DNA of 37,762 nucleotides from Myxococcales bacterium (GTDB taxonomy: Bacteria > Myxococcota > Myxococcia > Myxococcales > Anaeromyxobacteraceae), in NCBI GenBank assembly GCA_021779335.1, contig JAJYAW010000001.1:1-37762 (forward strand), given 5' to 3'. The notes beneath the pieces were generated by a model that saw only the letters and a list, made by a program, of their open reading frames with translations, made no database searches and was not told the DNA's origin. The translations under genes and the position numbers were made by a program. Shown here in pieces: positions 1 to 8,140 of the stretch. Numbering within the stretch: the first letter of the stretch is position 1; every line of letters starts with the position of its first letter.

Positions 1-276
1 CCGCCCTCCCTCCGGGCCCGGGTCCACGCCCGGGCGGCCGCCGCCCTGGCGCCCGGCGGGCTGCTCGTCCTCGAGGCCTTCACGCCCGCCCAGCTCGCCC
101 TCGCGAGCGGCGGGCCGCGGCAGCGGGAGCTGCTCTACGACTCGGGCCTGCTGCGCCAGGACTTCGCCGGGCTGGAGTGGGACCCGCTCGTCGAGGAGGA
201 GGTCGACCTCGACGAGGGGCCGCTCCACCGCGGCCGCGCCGCCGTCGTCCGTGGTATCGCTCGCCGCCCCCGCTGA
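1..276 (+). CDS. Class I SAM-dependent methyltransferase, C-terminal fragment (5' end outside window)
   Basis: Frame 1 is open from the window edge to TGA at 274-276. Translation ...GGLLVLEAFTPAQLALASGGPRQRELLYDSGLLRQDFAGLEWDPLVEEEVDLDEGPLHRGRAAVVRGIARRPR looks like the tail of small SAM methyltransferases. Third positions are G/C-rich. Absent from the ORF track because there is no in-window start. Confidence 0.55.
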   Translation, partial: PPSLRARVHARAAAALAPGGLLVLEAFTPAQLALASGGPRQRELLYDSGLLRQDFAGLEWDPLVEEEVDLDEGPLHRGRAAVVRGIARRPR

Positions 277-290
277 CCCCCGCTGACCCC
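271..290. repeat. Perfect 10-bp tandem duplication CGCTGACCCC x2 spanning the methyltransferase stop codon
   Basis: Read directly: 271-280 and 281-290 are identical. Each copy carries a TGA (274-276, 284-286). Confidence 0.9.
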
Positions 291-303
291 CGGGACCCCG
301 CCC

Positions 304-1311
304 ATGCCCTCCGCCACCCCTGCCGTGCCGCCGCCTCCTCCCGCCGCCGTCGATCTCGGCGTGGCCCTCCGCTGGCCGGGGCTCCTCGTCGTGGCCGGCG
401 GCGTGCTGGCCTGCCTCCCGGGCGTCCCCGCCGCGGCGGCCCTGGCCGTCGGCGCCGCCATCGCCCTCACCGTCGGCAACCCGCTGGCCCGGCGGACCGG
501 CCCCTTGGCCAAGAAGCTGCTGCCGGCGGCGGTCATCGGCCTGGGCGGCGCCATGGACCTGGAGCAGGTGGCCCGGGCCGGCGCCAGGGGCTTCGGCTAC
601 ACCGTGGTGAGCATCGGCGCGACGCTGGCGCTGGGCTGGCTGCTGGCGCGCTGGCTGGGGGTGGATCGCAAGACCGGGACGCTGGTCTCGGTCGGCACCG
701 CCATCTGCGGCGGCAGCGCCATCGCCGCGGCCGCCCCGGTCCTGGGCGCGGACGACCGCGAGCTGTCGGTGTCGCTCGGCACGGTCTTCCTCCTCAACTC
801 GGTGGCCCTCCTCGTCTTCCCCCCCATCGGCCACGCGCTGGGGATGGGCCAGAAGGCCTTCGGCCTGTGGGCGGCGCTCGCCATCCACGACACGAGCTCG
901 GTGGTCGGCGCGGCGCTCCAGTACGGGCCGGAGGCCACCACCGTCGCCACCACCGTGAAGCTGGCGCGCGCCCTCTGGATCGTCCCGGTCACCCTCGCCA
1001 TCGGCGTGCTGGAGCGGCGCCGCGGCGGCGCGACCGGCCACCGGGGCGGCCGCCCGCCCTGGTTCATCCTGGGCTTCCTGGCCGTGGCCGCGGCCGCCAC
1101 CTACCTGCCGACCCTCCGGCCCGCCGGCCTCCTCCTGGCGAAGGTGGCCGAGCGGGCCATGGTGGTCACGCTCTTCCTCATCGGCCTCGGGCTGTCGCGG
1201 GAGAGCCTGCGCGCGGTCGGCGCGCGGCCGCTCCTGCTCGGGGTCGGGCTCTGGGTGGTGGCCCTGACCGGGACGCTGACGGCGGTGCTGCTCAAGGTGG
1301 CCGCGATCTAG
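304..1311 (+). CDS. yeiH: YeiH/UPF0324 family putative sulfate-exporter membrane protein
   Basis: 335-aa polytopic hydrophobic protein. It has the GTAICGGSAIAA motif and WAALAIHDTSSVVGA block typical of the YeiH family. Confidence 0.85.
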   Translation: MPSATPAVPPPPPAAVDLGVALRWPGLLVVAGGVLACLPGVPAAAALAVGAAIALTVGNPLARRTGPLAKKLLPAAVIGLGGAMDLEQVARAGARGFGYTVVSIGATLALGWLLARWLGVDRKTGTLVSVGTAICGGSAIAAAAPVLGADDRELSVSLGTVFLLNSVALLVFPPIGHALGMGQKAFGLWAALAIHDTSSVVGAALQYGPEATTVATTVKLARALWIVPVTLAIGVLERRRGGATGHRGGRPPWFILGFLAVAAAATYLPTLRPAGLLLAKVAERAMVVTLFLIGLGLSRESLRAVGARPLLLGVGLWVVALTGTLTAVLLKVAAI

Positions 1312-1365
1312 CCTCCCCCGTTCAGGCCAGCCGCCCCCTTTCCCCGCCCGCCGGCTCCAACCGCC

Positions 1366-2532
1366 ATGGCCAAGACAGCGCTCATCCTCGGTGGCGGGTT
1401 CGCAGGGCTCGAGGCCGCCATCCACCTGCGTCAGGCGGGGCTCGACGTCACGCTGGTCTCCGACCGGCCCTTCCTCTTCATCTACCCGACGTCGATCTGG
1501 GTGGTGACCGGCGAGCGGGCCCTCGACCAGGTCACGCTCGACCTCGCCGACGCCGCCCAGCGCCACGGCTTCCGCTTCGTGGAGGGGGCCGTGGAGTCGA
1601 TCTCGGCGGCCCGCCGCTCGGCGGTGGTGGGCGGCCAGGAGCTGGCCGCCGACCACCTGGTGGTGGCCATGGGCGGCGACCGGCTCAAGCCCAAGGGAAA
1701 CGAGACGACCTTCACGCTCGGCGGCGCCCCCGAGAACGTCCAGCGGCTCCACGACGCGCTCGAGGCCCTCCTCGCCAAGGGCAGCGGGCGCATCGCCATG
1801 GGCTTCGGCGGCAACCCCAAGGACACCTCGACGGTGCGGGGCGGCCCGGTCTTCGAGGTCATGTTCAACGTCGACCACCTGCTGCGGCGCCGCGGCCTGC
1901 GCCAGGCCTTCGAGCTCACCTTCTTCGCCCCCATGCCGAGCCCCGGCGAGCGGATGGGCAAGCGGGCCGTCGGCGCCATCCAGGCGATGTTCGACCGGCT
2001 CGGGATCGGCCGGCGCTTCGGCAAGAAGATCGATCGGTTCGAGCCGGGCGGCGTGGTCTTCGAGGACCAGTCGCGGCTCGACGCCGACCTGGTGGTGTTC
2101 CTGCCGGCCGGCGAGGGCCACCCGGTCGTCAAGGGCTCGGACCTGCCGAGGAACGAGGCCGGCTTCGTCCAGGTCGACGCGGGGTGCGCCGTCCCGGGCT
2201 TCGCCGGCGTCTGGGCCATCGGCGACGCGGCGGCGCTGCAGGGGCCGGACTGGCGCGCCAAGCAGGGGCACGTGGCCGAGGTCATGGCCCGCGTGGTGGC
2301 GGCGAACGTGGCGGCGGAGGAGGCCGGCCGGCCGGAGCGGGAGAGCTACCTTCCCCACCTCGGCATCACCTGCCTCCTCGACATGGGGAACGGCGGCGCC
2401 TATATCCACCGCGACGACCGGAAGGAGCAGATGGTCCCGCTCCCGGTGGTGGGCCACTGGATGAAGAAGGCCTGGGGCGCCTACTACAAGGCCTCCAAGC
2501 GCAGGCAGGTCCCGCGCCTCCCCGGCATGTGA
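1366..2532 (+). CDS. FAD-dependent pyridine nucleotide-disulfide oxidoreductase, sulfide:quinone oxidoreductase (SQR)/NDH-2-like
   Basis: 388 aa. N-terminal dinucleotide fold ALILGGGFAGLEAA, C-terminal FAD motif GVWAIGDAA, and overall SQR-like length and pattern. Only two Cys are present, so the SQR subtype and activity are uncertain. Confidence 0.8.
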   Translation: MAKTALILGGGFAGLEAAIHLRQAGLDVTLVSDRPFLFIYPTSIWVVTGERALDQVTLDLADAAQRHGFRFVEGAVESISAARRSAVVGGQELAADHLVVAMGGDRLKPKGNETTFTLGGAPENVQRLHDALEALLAKGSGRIAMGFGGNPKDTSTVRGGPVFEVMFNVDHLLRRRGLRQAFELTFFAPMPSPGERMGKRAVGAIQAMFDRLGIGRRFGKKIDRFEPGGVVFEDQSRLDADLVVFLPAGEGHPVVKGSDLPRNEAGFVQVDAGCAVPGFAGVWAIGDAAALQGPDWRAKQGHVAEVMARVVAANVAAEEAGRPERESYLPHLGITCLLDMGNGGAYIHRDDRKEQMVPLPVVGHWMKKAWGAYYKASKRRQVPRLPGM

Positions 2533-2563
2533 GCGGCGCCGTCCGCGACCTGGAGACGCACCC

Positions 2564-3169
2564 ATGAAGCTGTGGCACGCCACCACCTGCCCCTACTGCC
2601 AGCGGGTCCGCATCGCCCTCGCCGAGAAGGGGCTCGCGGTGGAGGAGCGGCTCGTGGACCTGGCCGCCAAGCCCCCCGAGCTCCTGGCGCTCTACCCGGC
2701 CGGCGGCGTCCCCGTGCTGGAGGTGGACGGCGCGGCCATCCCCGAGTCGATCGTCATCCTCCAGTACCTGGAGGACCGCGCGCCGGCGCCGGCCATCCTC
2801 CCGCCGGATCCGCTCGGCCGCGCTCGGGCGCGGCTCCTCCACGACCGGATCACCGCGGCCCTCGGCCCGCACGTGCCGAAGCTCCTGCGGGGCGCCCCCG
2901 AGGAGCAGGAGCGCGCCCGCCAGGCCATCCTGGGGGCGCTCGGCGCGCTCGAGCGCGAGGCTCCCGAGGCGGGCTTCCTGGCCGGCCCCTTCTCCATCGC
3001 CGACATCGCCCTGGCCCCCTTCGTGGCCAAGCTGCCGGCGGCGCTCCGCCCGGCCGCCCTCGGCCTCCCCCGCCTGGCGCGCTGGGAGGCGCTGGTCCTG
3101 TCCCGCCCCAGCGTGGCCGCGGTGGTGGCGGCGGCGCCGCCCGCCGGCGCGAGCCCGCTCCCCCGATGA
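2564..3169 (+). CDS. Glutathione S-transferase family protein
   Basis: 201 aa. Thioredoxin-like GST N-domain (MKLWHATTCPYCQRVRIALAEKGL...GGVPVLEVDG..IPESIVILQYLEDR) followed by a helical C-domain. GGAG lies 8 nt upstream of the ATG. Confidence 0.85.
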   Translation: MKLWHATTCPYCQRVRIALAEKGLAVEERLVDLAAKPPELLALYPAGGVPVLEVDGAAIPESIVILQYLEDRAPAPAILPPDPLGRARARLLHDRITAALGPHVPKLLRGAPEEQERARQAILGALGALEREAPEAGFLAGPFSIADIALAPFVAKLPAALRPAALGLPRLARWEALVLSRPSVAAVVAAAPPAGASPLPR

Positions 3170-3176
3170 GGTCTCG

Positions 3177-3566
3177 ATGAGCAAGGTGCTGCTGGTCGTC
3201 GTGCTGCTGGTGGTCGGCCTGATGGTCGGGATGCAGCTGCTGGTCCGCTCCCGGGCCCGCGCCATGCGCGGCCAGCAGGTGCCGGAGCTCCCCGGGCCGC
3301 TCGGCCGGCAGCTCGCCGGCGCGCCCCGCTCGCTCCTCTACTTCTTCAGCCCCTCGTGCGGCGCGTGCAAGCCGCTCACCCCGCGCTTCACGGCGCTGCA
3401 GCGCGGCAACCCCGCCGTGCACCTGGTCGACGTGTCCCAGGACCTGGGCGTGGCCCGCAGCTTCAAGGTCATGGGGACGCCCAGCGTCGTGGAGATCGCC
3501 GACGGCCGGATCGTGGGGTACCACGTGGGCGGGGTGCCGCCCGACGTGCTGGCGCGCTTCGCCTGA
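3177..3566 (+). CDS. Membrane-anchored thioredoxin-fold thiol:disulfide oxidoreductase (CGAC active site)
   Basis: 129 aa. N-terminal signal-anchor MSKVLLVVVLLVVGLMVGMQLLV, active site FFSPSCGACKPL, and cis-Pro region GTPSVV. Starts 7 nt after the GST stop. Confidence 0.85.
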   Translation: MSKVLLVVVLLVVGLMVGMQLLVRSRARAMRGQQVPELPGPLGRQLAGAPRSLLYFFSPSCGACKPLTPRFTALQRGNPAVHLVDVSQDLGVARSFKVMGTPSVVEIADGRIVGYHVGGVPPDVLARFA

Positions 3567-3567
3567 G

Positions 3568-3588
3568 CCGCGGCGGGCCGCGCCGCGG
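3568..3588. terminator. GC-rich hairpin between convergent thioredoxin and LysR genes (possible bidirectional terminator)
   Basis: CCGCGGCG (3568-3575) pairs with CGCCGCGG (3581-3588) around a 5-nt loop. There is no U-tract. Confidence 0.3.
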
Positions 3589-3603
3589 GGCCCGGGCCGT
3601 CCC

Positions 3604-4533
3604 TCAGCCGCACGCCCGCTCTGCGAAGCCGGGCTCCGACGGCCGGAGCCGCGCCAGCACCTTCGCCACGAAGGCGGCGGCGGGGCTCCGCTCGACGAGC
3701 CCGGCGCCGACGACCAGCGTCCGCCGACGGGCGTGCGTGAACCCCGGGACGCGGAGCTCCACCAGCCGCCCCGCGGCGACGTGCTCCCGCACCAGATCGG
3801 TCGAGATGAAGGCGACGCCGTCGCCGCGCAGCACCGCCTCCACGATGATGTGGAGGTCGTCGAACACCACCACCCGGTTGAAGTCGTCGATCTGTCGCCT
3901 CACCTCGACGAGATTCTTCTGCAAGAGGGTGCGCGAGCAGCAGCCTTCGCTGCGGGTGTAGAGCGTGCCGGAGACGAGCCGGTCGAGCGCGACCTCGGGC
4001 CCGCCCAGGGCCAGCGCGGGTGAGGCGGCGAAGACCATCTCGTCCCCGAGGAGGCTGACCGTCTCGAACTCCGAGAGGTCGAAGCACTCGCAGTGCTCCA
4101 CCACCGCCAGCTCATAGCGACCACCCTTGAGCCCGGCCACGACCTCCTCCGGCGTCTCCAGCACGAACTTCAAGTCGCCGATCTCGGCCTGGGAGAGCAT
4201 GAACTCGCGCAGGATCTCGGGCAGGTGCACCACGCCGAAGGTCGGCGTGCAGACGAAGGAGAGGCCCCGCTTCCGGTCCATGAGGTGGAGCTTCGCCAGC
4301 AAATCCCGCTCGATCTCGAGGATCTTGTGGGCCTGCTCCAGCACCACGCTCCCGGCTGGGGTGAGCGTGAGGAGCGGGCCGGATCGATCGAGCAGCGGCT
4401 GGCCGTACTGATCCTCCATGAACTTGATGCGACGAGATGCCGCAGAGGCCGTGACCGCCAGCGCCTCGGATGCCTTGGTGATGTTGCCGGACCTCGCCAC
4501 CTCCACCAGCGTCTTCAGGTAAATGGACTCCAT
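3604..4533 (-). CDS. LysR family transcriptional regulator
   Basis: 309 aa. N-terminal wHTH (LKTLVEVARSGNITKASEALAVTASAASRRIKFMEDQYGQPLLDR) plus a LysR substrate-binding domain. Divergent from the rhodanese/cytochrome operon. Confidence 0.92.
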   Translation of the reverse strand: MESIYLKTLVEVARSGNITKASEALAVTASAASRRIKFMEDQYGQPLLDRSGPLLTLTPAGSVVLEQAHKILEIERDLLAKLHLMDRKRGLSFVCTPTFGVVHLPEILREFMLSQAEIGDLKFVLETPEEVVAGLKGGRYELAVVEHCECFDLSEFETVSLLGDEMVFAASPALALGGPEVALDRLVSGTLYTRSEGCCSRTLLQKNLVEVRRQIDDFNRVVVFDDLHIIVEAVLRGDGVAFISTDLVREHVAAGRLVELRVPGFTHARRRTLVVGAGLVERSPAAAFVAKVLARLRPSEPGFAERACG

Positions 4534-4553
4534 CCGGTCGGCCCCTGGCGCGC

Positions 4554-4568
4554 ATGCGGTGGCCGCAT
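4554..4568. promoter_or_regulatory. Perfect palindrome ATGCGG-TGG-CCGCAT containing a T-N11-A LysR-type box
   Basis: Read directly. It lies 21 bp upstream of the LysR start (4533) and 120 bp upstream of the operon start (4688). T4555 and A4567 frame 11 nt. Confidence 0.5.
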
Positions 4569-4687
4569 GACGGCGTGCAAATCACTCACTTCGTGTCTAC
4601 CCCGTCGGACTCTACCCTTCAACCACCTGAGTTGCGAACGGCGCCGCGCCGGTCTGGCGAGGCGCCACTCACGAGGAGGAGGGGTTC

Positions 4688-6583
4688 ATGTCTGGATTTG
4701 ATGTGCAGCCGCGGCGCGCCCTGGCGCTCGGCGTCCCTGTGGCGATGCTGCTCACCGGCCTCGTCTCGGCGGGCTGCTCCAAGAGCTACGAAGACCCGAG
4801 CGCCGAGCTCTATGCCGGCGACGCGACCGCGATCACGCTGGTCGAGCCGGCGGCGGTGCGGGCCTGGGTCGACGCGGGCGGCAAGACGGAGGCGGGCCAG
4901 CGGGTCGTCATCCTCGACTGCGTCCCCAACCCGGCCGGCGTCCTGCCCTACTCGGACACGGAGAGCTGGTTCGCCGGCGACAAGATCAAGATCCTGGCCA
5001 ACATGGACAAGATGTACGGGGGGAAGTTGAGTCCCCAGTACAAGGGCTTCTCCGGGATGGGGGACGCCATGTACGGCCACATCCCGGGCGCCATCCCGAA
5101 CGTCTCGCACGAGGGCTACGAGGTCACGCCCCGGAGCGAGGGGCCGATCCTGGCCGACCACGAGGTGGGCACGGGCGCGCTCATCGACCAGATGCTCCAG
5201 AAGCAGGGCATCACCAGGAGCGACGTCCTCGTCTTCACGACCTCCCGCTACGACTACCCGGGCTTCTGCCCCGCGCGCCTGTTCTGGACCATGCGCTACT
5301 GGGGCTTCCCTCGCGGCCAGCTCAAGGTCCTGAACGGCGGCAACAAGGCCTACGCCATGGCGGGCAACCCGCTGCAGAAGGGCATCACGCTGCCGCCGAT
5401 GAGCCGGTCCACCATGAGCGTCACCGACCTGCCCAAGAGGTTCCTCTCGGAGCGGATCGGCCTGGGGGAGCTCATCGCCCTCGTGGACGGCGGCCGCACC
5501 ACGCTGCCCGCCGGTGACGCCAACAAGGTGGTGGTCCTCGACACCCGCCAGCCGCCGGCCGCCTACTACTTCAAGGACGCCGACGCCGACCAGGTCCCCG
5601 ACATCTTCAAGGCCGCCGGCTACGCCTACGACCCCGCCACCAAGCTCTTCAACGGTGGGACGCTGACCCTCAGCGAGGTCCTCTTCGGCGCCGCCAACCT
5701 GGGCATCCCGTTCGACCCGGTCAACAATCCACCCATCAACCTGACCGCGACCCCGGCCAGCACCTACCTGGCCATGCACGCGCTGGCGGGCGCGCCGCTG
5801 GCCATCCCTCTCGGCGCCAAGGAGGCGGCCTTCGAGGGCATCGTCCGCGGCGCCAAGGTGACCAAGACGCCTGCCTGGAACATCACGGTGCCGGCGCTGT
5901 CGCGCGCCGACGGCGGCTACAAGACGAGGGAGGAGCTGCTCCCCATCTTCGCGGCCGCCGGCATCGACGGCACGAAGCCCGTGGTCGTCTACTGCAACTC
6001 GGGCGCCCTGGCGGCGATCTACTACTACGTCCTCAAGGAGATTTGCGGGATCCCGGACGTGCGCCTGTACGACGGCTCATGGCAGGAGTGGGGCAACCTG
6101 GCTGCCTACCAGCCTGTCGACACGACGTACGTGATGAACGACGACTACACGGTCTACCCGAAGTACCCCGCGTCTGCGCCGTCGGTGGTGTTCTTCGCCG
6201 GCCAGAACCACTACCTGACCTGGGACCCGGTGGGGCTGGCGTTCAAGGACAGCCAGACCGGCGCCCTGGTCGGGTCGGACAAGGTCGCAGCCGGTGGCTC
6301 GCTGGCCGGTAACGGCACCTGGGACACCGTCACCCGCTCGGAGTTCGTCATGTTCCGCCCCATGGCGTCGCTGCAGGGGGCCGCGCTGGACCTGAACGGC
6401 GCCGCCAACTACCGCAACAAGACCTACAACAGCGCGGTCGACTGGCCGGCCATCCAGACCACGCCCGGCTACCAGGGCCCCGCCACCAAGATCCACGACG
6501 AGGACGCCGCCTACGGCGGCTCCACCGCGAGCGCTCCAGCCGGAGCCCCCACGCCCTTCGTGCCGAAGGGCGGCGGCTGCTGA
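4688..6583 (+). CDS. Multi-domain rhodanese (sulfurtransferase) lipoprotein, ExtH-like, with C-terminal ...PKGGGC tail
   Basis: 631 aa. Signal peptide with lipobox-compatible LVSAGC. Rhodanese active-site loop VVVYCNSGALAA plus an upstream inactive-type rhodanese region. Low-complexity Ala/Pro/Gly linker ends in a terminal Cys (GGC TGC TGA at 6575-6583). Strong SD GAGGAGGAGGGG precedes the ATG. Confidence 0.88.
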   Translation: MSGFDVQPRRALALGVPVAMLLTGLVSAGCSKSYEDPSAELYAGDATAITLVEPAAVRAWVDAGGKTEAGQRVVILDCVPNPAGVLPYSDTESWFAGDKIKILANMDKMYGGKLSPQYKGFSGMGDAMYGHIPGAIPNVSHEGYEVTPRSEGPILADHEVGTGALIDQMLQKQGITRSDVLVFTTSRYDYPGFCPARLFWTMRYWGFPRGQLKVLNGGNKAYAMAGNPLQKGITLPPMSRSTMSVTDLPKRFLSERIGLGELIALVDGGRTTLPAGDANKVVVLDTRQPPAAYYFKDADADQVPDIFKAAGYAYDPATKLFNGGTLTLSEVLFGAANLGIPFDPVNNPPINLTATPASTYLAMHALAGAPLAIPLGAKEAAFEGIVRGAKVTKTPAWNITVPALSRADGGYKTREELLPIFAAAGIDGTKPVVVYCNSGALAAIYYYVLKEICGIPDVRLYDGSWQEWGNLAAYQPVDTTYVMNDDYTVYPKYPASAPSVVFFAGQNHYLTWDPVGLAFKDSQTGALVGSDKVAAGGSLAGNGTWDTVTRSEFVMFRPMASLQGAALDLNGAANYRNKTYNSAVDWPAIQTTPGYQGPATKIHDEDAAYGGSTASAPAGAPTPFVPKGGGC

Positions 6584-6647
6584 TCAGCGACATCGGCCAC
6601 GCGGCCGCCGCCAAGGGCCGGCCGCTCCCACGACCAAGGAGCTCCAC

Positions 6648-7823
6648 ATGACAGTCTTCAAGGCAGCCGTCGCCGCCCTCACGGGCATGTTCCTCTCCGC
6701 GGGGCCGGCCGTCGCCGGACCCGCCCTCGAGTTCGGGCCGGAGCAGCAGGGCACGCTCCAGCTCGACTACAAGGGCCAGTTCCAGCTGCGCCTGCGCAAC
6801 ACCGGCGCCGGGCCCGATGGGGCGGGCAGCGCCACGGAGTTCGGCTTCCGCCGCGACCGCGTCGACCTCATCGGAGCCTGGGGCGAGCACCTCGGGCTCT
6901 ACGTCCAGACCGAATTCCTCGAGGACAACAACGTCTCGCCGCTGTCCGTCGGCGACGGGGAGGCCTCCTCGTTCCAGCTGATCGACGCGGCCATGCGCTT
7001 CAAGCTGAACGACCAGCTCAACGTCTGGGTCGGCAAGTTCAAGTACGGCTTCACGCGCGAGAACCTGGAGGCGTGCGAGGCCCCGCTGACCCTGGATCGC
7101 TCGCTCTTCATCCGGGCGCCCTACGTCGCGACCCGCGACCAGGGTGTGTCGGTGTGGGGCAACGTCCTCGGCGGCCTCATCCAGTACCGGCTGGATGCCA
7201 TGAACGGGCGCAACGACGCGACGTCCTCTCCGCGGTCGCAGCTCCGCTACTCGGCGCGCGCCCACCTGTCGCTCCTCGAGCCGGAGAGCGGGTACGGCTA
7301 CAAGGGGACCTACCTCGGCCAGAAGCGGGTGCTGACGCTCGGCGCAGCCTATCAGTACGAGGCCGGGATCGCCTTCGCGGACACGGTCGGCAAGACCGGC
7401 AGCGTAGACTACGACGCGTGGACCGTGGATGCCTTCCTGGAGTACCCGGTCGCTGGCGTCGGCACGTTCACGGCCTCGGGCGCCTACGTGAGGTACGAGC
7501 TCGGCAAGGCGTACCAGGGGGCTGCGCCGGACGCCGGCACCATCGGCCTCAACGGCGAGAAGAACGGCTGGTACGCCAAGGCGGCCTACCTGCTGCCCGG
7601 CGTGCCGGTGCAGGTCTTCGGCCGTGCCGAGCAGTGGTCCTTCGCCCAGCTCGACGGCGTCTTCGACCAGCAGGTCGACTGGTACGGCGGCGGCTTCAAC
7701 TACTACGCCCGGGGGCAGGACCTGAAGCTCACCGCCGAGTATTCGGTGGCGTCCTTCGGCAAGGCGGGCGCCTCCACCAAGGATGTCGACACCCTCATCG
7801 TCCAGCTGCAGCTGGTCTTCTGA
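6648..7823 (+). CDS. Outer-membrane beta-barrel porin (phosphate-selective porin O/P-like; ExtI-like position)
   Basis: 391 aa. Signal peptide MTVFKAAVAALTGMFLSAGPAVA. Amphipathic beta-strand pattern throughout, with C-terminal ...LIVQLQLVF ending in an aromatic residue. AAGGAG SD is present. Confidence 0.85.
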   Translation: MTVFKAAVAALTGMFLSAGPAVAGPALEFGPEQQGTLQLDYKGQFQLRLRNTGAGPDGAGSATEFGFRRDRVDLIGAWGEHLGLYVQTEFLEDNNVSPLSVGDGEASSFQLIDAAMRFKLNDQLNVWVGKFKYGFTRENLEACEAPLTLDRSLFIRAPYVATRDQGVSVWGNVLGGLIQYRLDAMNGRNDATSSPRSQLRYSARAHLSLLEPESGYGYKGTYLGQKRVLTLGAAYQYEAGIAFADTVGKTGSVDYDAWTVDAFLEYPVAGVGTFTASGAYVRYELGKAYQGAAPDAGTIGLNGEKNGWYAKAAYLLPGVPVQVFGRAEQWSFAQLDGVFDQQVDWYGGGFNYYARGQDLKLTAEYSVASFGKAGASTKDVDTLIVQLQLVF

Positions 7824-7849
7824 GCCACGAACCCAAGGGAGAACATGCC

Positions 7850-8080
7850 ATGACGCTCAAGCTACTCGCCGCCGCCACGCTGTTGTCACTCTCGAGCCTG
7901 GCCTCCGCGCAGGACGCCGCGGTCGAGGGGAAGGTCACCGCGGTCGAAGGCAACAAGGTCACCGTGGAGGTGGCGCCCGGAGACGCAGCCAAGCTCAAGA
8001 TCGGGGACGAGATCACCGTCAAGGCGAAGGCGCCGAAGCAGGCGCCGAAGAAGAACAGCGCCGCGTTGCAGGGCTGCTGA
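7850..8080 (+). CDS. Small secreted periplasmic protein (76 aa) ending ...ALQGC; ExtJ-like position
   Basis: ATG at 7850 is preceded by AAGGGAGAA. Signal peptide MTLKLLAAATLLSLSSLASA, then a short beta-rich core (EGKVTAVEGNKVTVEVAPGD..IGDEITVKA), a Lys-rich tail and a terminal Gly-Cys. In the track it is hidden inside the 7073..8080 ORF. G/C-rich third positions. Confidence 0.7.
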   Translation: MTLKLLAAATLLSLSSLASAQDAAVEGKVTAVEGNKVTVEVAPGDAAKLKIGDEITVKAKAPKQAPKKNSAALQGC

Positions 8081-8140
8081 CCCAGGCGCTGCGGCAGGGC
8101 GGCCTGCGCCGCCCTGCCGCTCCCCTCCTCTGGATCCCCC

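Noticed and set aside
4631-4641. GTTGCGAACGG upstream of the cytochrome operon resembles one arm of the 34-nt element.
   Set aside because: It lacks the TCAATGG/CCATTGA block and the third block, so it is a partial match that could arise by chance. It is not counted as a seventh copy.
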